A DNA stretch of 63,604 bases, the filler included, from Lenisia limosa (lineage: Eukaryota; Protista; Breviatea), in the NCBI GenBank assembly GCA_001655205.1. It is 11 parts of 11 records of this genome, joined end to end, with 100 filler letters (N's around TTAATTAATTAA, not from the genome) between each part and the next. Parts side by side here need not be neighbours in the genome. Positions count along the whole stretch, not along the records: positions 59,755 to 60,947 come from LPNZ01001136.1; positions 61,048 to 63,604 come from LPNZ01009274.1; 9 more parts are not named here. One strand, written 5' to 3'. Position numbers and translations under genes: made by a program. Position 1 is the stretch's first letter, and each line of letters starts with the position of its first letter. The notes beneath the pieces were generated by a model that was given only the letters and a program-made list of their open reading frames with translations, was not told the DNA's origin and made no database searches. Shown here in pieces: positions 60,003 to 63,604 of the stretch.

Positions 60003-60947
60003 GCTTACCGCGAGCTGTGAAGAAGGCGATGGACTTGGGGCCGTTTTCTTCTTCTTCTTCGCTAAGGTTCTGTTAAACAGATACGCTTCCAGTAATTAAA
60101 GTAAATCATTCGGTGAAGATAGAAACATACATGTACTATATGATATATCATATCATTTGTTGAAAGAGAGTTGTTAAAAAAGAATATACGATAAAAGAGT
60201 AAGATAAAAATAATGAAAAAAAAATCCGTATTTAATCCCTTGACATGAACATCATGCCCAAAGGCTCACGAGTGGAAGGTGCTTGAGGGGGCTGTGGGGG
60301 AAGAGCCGACTCTTTCCATCCCAAAGCGCCAGCCTATCAAGTCAACGTCTCAGATGGAATTGTTTAAAAACTATACAAAGAAAAAAAAGAGAAGAAAGCG
60401 TGTTTGTAGTATAAAAGAGAAGAAATGTGCCTTGGTACCTTGATAAAGGCCTGAATGATCTTCAAGTAGGCCGTGTTCTCCCCTTGGTTGGCCCCGATCT
60501 GAAGAATCAACTTGTATTTTGGTTCTACTAGGGAATTGATAATTGACAATTGAGATGATATGTATAATAAACAAAAATAACAAGAGGCTAGCTGGAAAAG
60601 CAGAAAAAAGAACTGAAAACCTGATTGAAACAATCTTCCCGTTTTTGGAAAGTATTAACATGACCCACTTGCTCGGTCAAGGTAGTACACTGGTGTTCCA
60701 AACGGGAAACCTGGGCCTAAAGAGTCAAAGACAATCCTGGGATGGACAACATCATAAAGTACAGGTGGAACTGATAATTGTACTTAAATTCCACAGGATT
60801 AACAATTATTATACGATTTACAATATAACTATATAATATATATAGTACTATATATCATATATCATATTGAGATCCACGCTCACTCTGAGGCGTTCGCGCT
60901 CACGCAGAACCTCGGCAATGGTCTCGCCCGACGGAAGCATAAACGCG
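60003..60947 (-). CDS. Hypothetical protein, internal exons
   Basis: AFMLPSGETIAEVL|RPGFPFGTPVYYLDRA|IEPKYKLILQIGANQGENTAYLKIIQAFIK|AGALGWKESALPPQPPQAPST|PKKKKTAPSPSPSSQLA joins in phase. Confidence 0.5.
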
Positions 60948-61130
60948 NNNNNNNNNNNNNNNNNNNNNNNNNNNNNNNNNNNNNNNNNNNNTTAATTAAT
61001 TAANNNNNNNNNNNNNNNNNNNNNNNNNNNNNNNNNNNNNNNNNNNNAATAATAATAATAATAATAGAAAACAACAGACCCTGAATCAACTCTGTTGCTA
61101 AACAATGGAGACCCCCATTCCCTCTCATAC

Positions 61131-63604
61131 CTGAACGTCCGATCAGTGAAGGTGTAGTTGAACTGGTCCTTGGCAAGAATGTCAATAACCTGGGCGTCTC
61201 CTCCAACCTAATCAGGAAGTCAACCAAATAAGGAAAGTGGACCTAATAAGGAAGTTACACAAATTAGGAAGTTAACCAAATAACGAAAGTTAGGAAAGTT
61301 CAACAAATGAGGAAGTTGGACCAAATAAGAAAAGTTCTCAAGAAGTAAACCTAAAACAGTCTTTTGGACCCCCCNNNNNNNNNNNNNNNNNNNNNNNNNN
61401 NNNNNNNNNNNNNNNNNNNNNNNNNNNNNNNNNNNNNNNNNNNNNNNNNNNNNNNNNNNNNNNNNNNNNNNNNNNNNNNNNNNNNNNNNNNNNNNNNNNN
61501 NNNNNNNNNNNNNNNNNNNNNNNNNNNNNNNNGCACGGAAGGCGTGACGGTGATAGCAAAGGGAGAGCCCTCAACGTCCTCGGCCGTTCCATTGGCGTTG
61601 ATGAGCCGAACCTGTGGGTTACAAGGGGTCAACAAAACAGCAAAATAATACAGATGTGAGAGAGTGTGTTAACATCGAAAACAGAAACACAACACAATCA
61701 CCATTTTATATCAGATGAATGAAATAGCCCCCCCCCCACAGTCATTGTGTACTCCCCAGCATAAGGTGGGTCAAAAGCCACGACATAGAGACCGTCGTTG
61801 GTGTCGTCGGGACTAAGCACTTCTGAACCGCCGCTTCCGCTTCCAATAATGCTTTCTTCCGTCCACTCAATGATAACCTGGAGGTGAAAAACCGATGAAT
61901 GCAGTGAGGTACGGAGTTTGAACGGTACTCAATTTGCTGGAAGTGTGTATGACTTTAGCTACAGAGAAGTATTCACCAAAGCCGTCCCCCCACCTCAAAG
62001 GTTTCGCCTCCAGCAGGCTGACGTTCGCCGTTCTCATTGAGACCCTCAATGTAAACCTCAAACTCATTGCCAACGCTGAAGTTGGCTGTGGCGGTGAGTT
62101 GACAAATGGGCAAAAAATACGATCTCAAAATGTACTCTCCGGAAAAATAGCATTTTGACATACAGTATAATAAAAACAAACAAGAAGTATGGTACAAATA
62201 CCCCTCTACCAGGCGGGGCTGCGAGAGTGGTCGTATTGGCCAGGGCAGGCAGCATAATGCAGGCGGCTGAACCGTCCCACTCATATCCAATGTCACATGT
62301 TGGGAGAATTGAGGGGAAAGCGCACGTGGCGTGGAGGGGGCACGACGTACAGGACGATTCACCTGAGGGGTGAAAAAGGGTTAATTTATAAAATCCAAAA
62401 AAAGGGGCTGATTGTCTCACACCCAATGATATGAAGAGTACAAATATATTTATATTATCGCTGATCCTAATTCCTCCATGATAGTGATCCACGATAATAC
62501 CGCACCAACCTGGGGGGCCGTATTGGCCATAGACACAGAAGCAGGAGAGTACATCTGACGAGCCTGTGTTGGTTGTCGTACTGGGTGTGAGTTGGTGCTA
62601 GTACTTATGTATTACAATACAGTTAGTAATGTACTATTATATTCTATAAACTATATCAGACATTATATACATTTAGGGCTTCACTTCCGTTCGAAAAAAT
62701 AATTTTCGAGAATTTAAAGAAAAATTCAGCCTTTTTTTTCAAACCGAAGTGAAGCCCTAAGTATATTCCTATATATATGCATAAATGTAAAGGAATTATG
62801 GTAAGTTATGAGAGCATCAAGGTATCTCCCTCAACCCCACGTACGTATTCGCGGGGCAGGCTGTACAGTTCACAGTTGCCAATCCTTCAGCGTATTCTCC
62901 AAGCCTAAGGGACGGTAAAAGGGAAGGGGTCACTGAGGTGCGATAGAATATTGACTATTTCATTGAAGTTTTACTTCTATATAAGGATCATAATGACATA
63001 ATATCAGGCATGAAGTGGTAAGCTACATGAGGGGGAGAGTAATCATTAACACCTAGTCTGTATCCCCATGTTTATTTTAAATATTTTCCTTGTCTTTCAA
63101 CGCCGCATACCCGCATTTGGGACAGGAGGCAGAGCCCACAATATTGTTTGCTCTTCCGGGGCTGGGGGGGTGAGAATGCATGAAAAATATGCCGATTACA
63201 TATATGATATGTATTGATATCAAGGTAAAAGTAGTCTAATGAATTCTATTACACACAGCATGTGGCATCATCCAAGCATTATAGGAACAAGAGAGTCCTA
63301 GCAGTGTACGAACAAACGTCATACCAAAATTCCTCCAAACCTGCAAGGGAAACACTGGTCTGATCCGCCCGGAGCCCAATGCCCCACTGAACAAGCCTCA
63401 CAACTGTCCTGGAGGGGGGTAAGTTTGAATGTAGCAGGATGAGGATGCGGACGAGGAAAATAACAGGTAAAAGCCAATTTTCCCAAGATTCAATCTCCCA
63501 CTTGGTCCTCGGCGCTCTGGAAGTAGCCGACAATACAGTCCTCGCAGGGGCCTGTGGGGGTGGACAGGATGGTACCTGGTTGGCAGAGGGGGCGCCACGG
63601 GATG
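61131..63604 (-). CDS. Cell-surface-type protein with GCC2/GCC3 (ephrin-receptor-like) Cys-rich repeats followed by filamin/ABP280-type Ig repeats; both ends outside the segment
   Basis: LCQPGTILSTPTGPCEDCIVGYFQS; GHWAPGGSDQCFPC|SPGRANNIVGSASCPKCG; GEYAEGLATVNCTACPANTY; then DDTNDGLYVVAFDPPYAGEYTMT|VRLINANGTAEDVEGSPFAITV and VGGDAQVIDILAKDQFN. Confidence 0.8.
62676..62757. mobile_element. MITE family A copy with intact TA flanks on both sides
   Basis: TA|GGGCTTCACTTCCGTTCGAAAAAA...TTTTTTCAAACCGAAGTGAAGCCC|TA. Confidence 0.88.

Overview
Draft-assembly window from an intron-rich unicellular eukaryote. The genetic code looks standard and introns are GT-AG, from 26 nt to several hundred nt. I found no taxonomic marker. 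The window is not contiguous DNA: ten artificial 100-nt linkers (44 N + TTAATTAATTAA + 44 N) split it into 11 pieces, and many other N gaps start at poly-G/C runs. The ORF track is mostly misleading because genes are spliced, so I rebuilt exon chains by hand with phase checks. Recognisable genes: a large FN3/REJ(PKD)-like single-pass surface protein with two GPS-like motifs, an RRM protein with tiny introns, tRNA-Lys(CTT), a truncated kinesin, and a multi-TM two-domain class III cyclase with inverted, guanylyl-type catalytic halves. Also present: two tail-to-tail LamG-like paralogs, a frameshifted pogo/Fot-like DD35D transposase, SNRNP27, an ankyrin gene with one repeat per phase-0 exon, a TFIIS-N-like plus Glu/Lys-repeat protein, threonine dehydrogenase (3' part), a GCC2/GCC3 + filamin-repeat protein and several hypothetical genes. 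Introns are crowded with at least five palindromic or TIR mini-element families (most flanked by TA) and two other dispersed repeats. The most striking signal is a dispersed, possibly SINE-like repeat (family B). Its G-run head, read antisense (TTTTACTCCCCC), forms the branch/polypyrimidine tract directly before the AG of about 10 working splice acceptors. At one site a 10-bp target-site duplication shows an insertion that regenerated the acceptor. No CRISPR, rRNA or prokaryotic system is supported.
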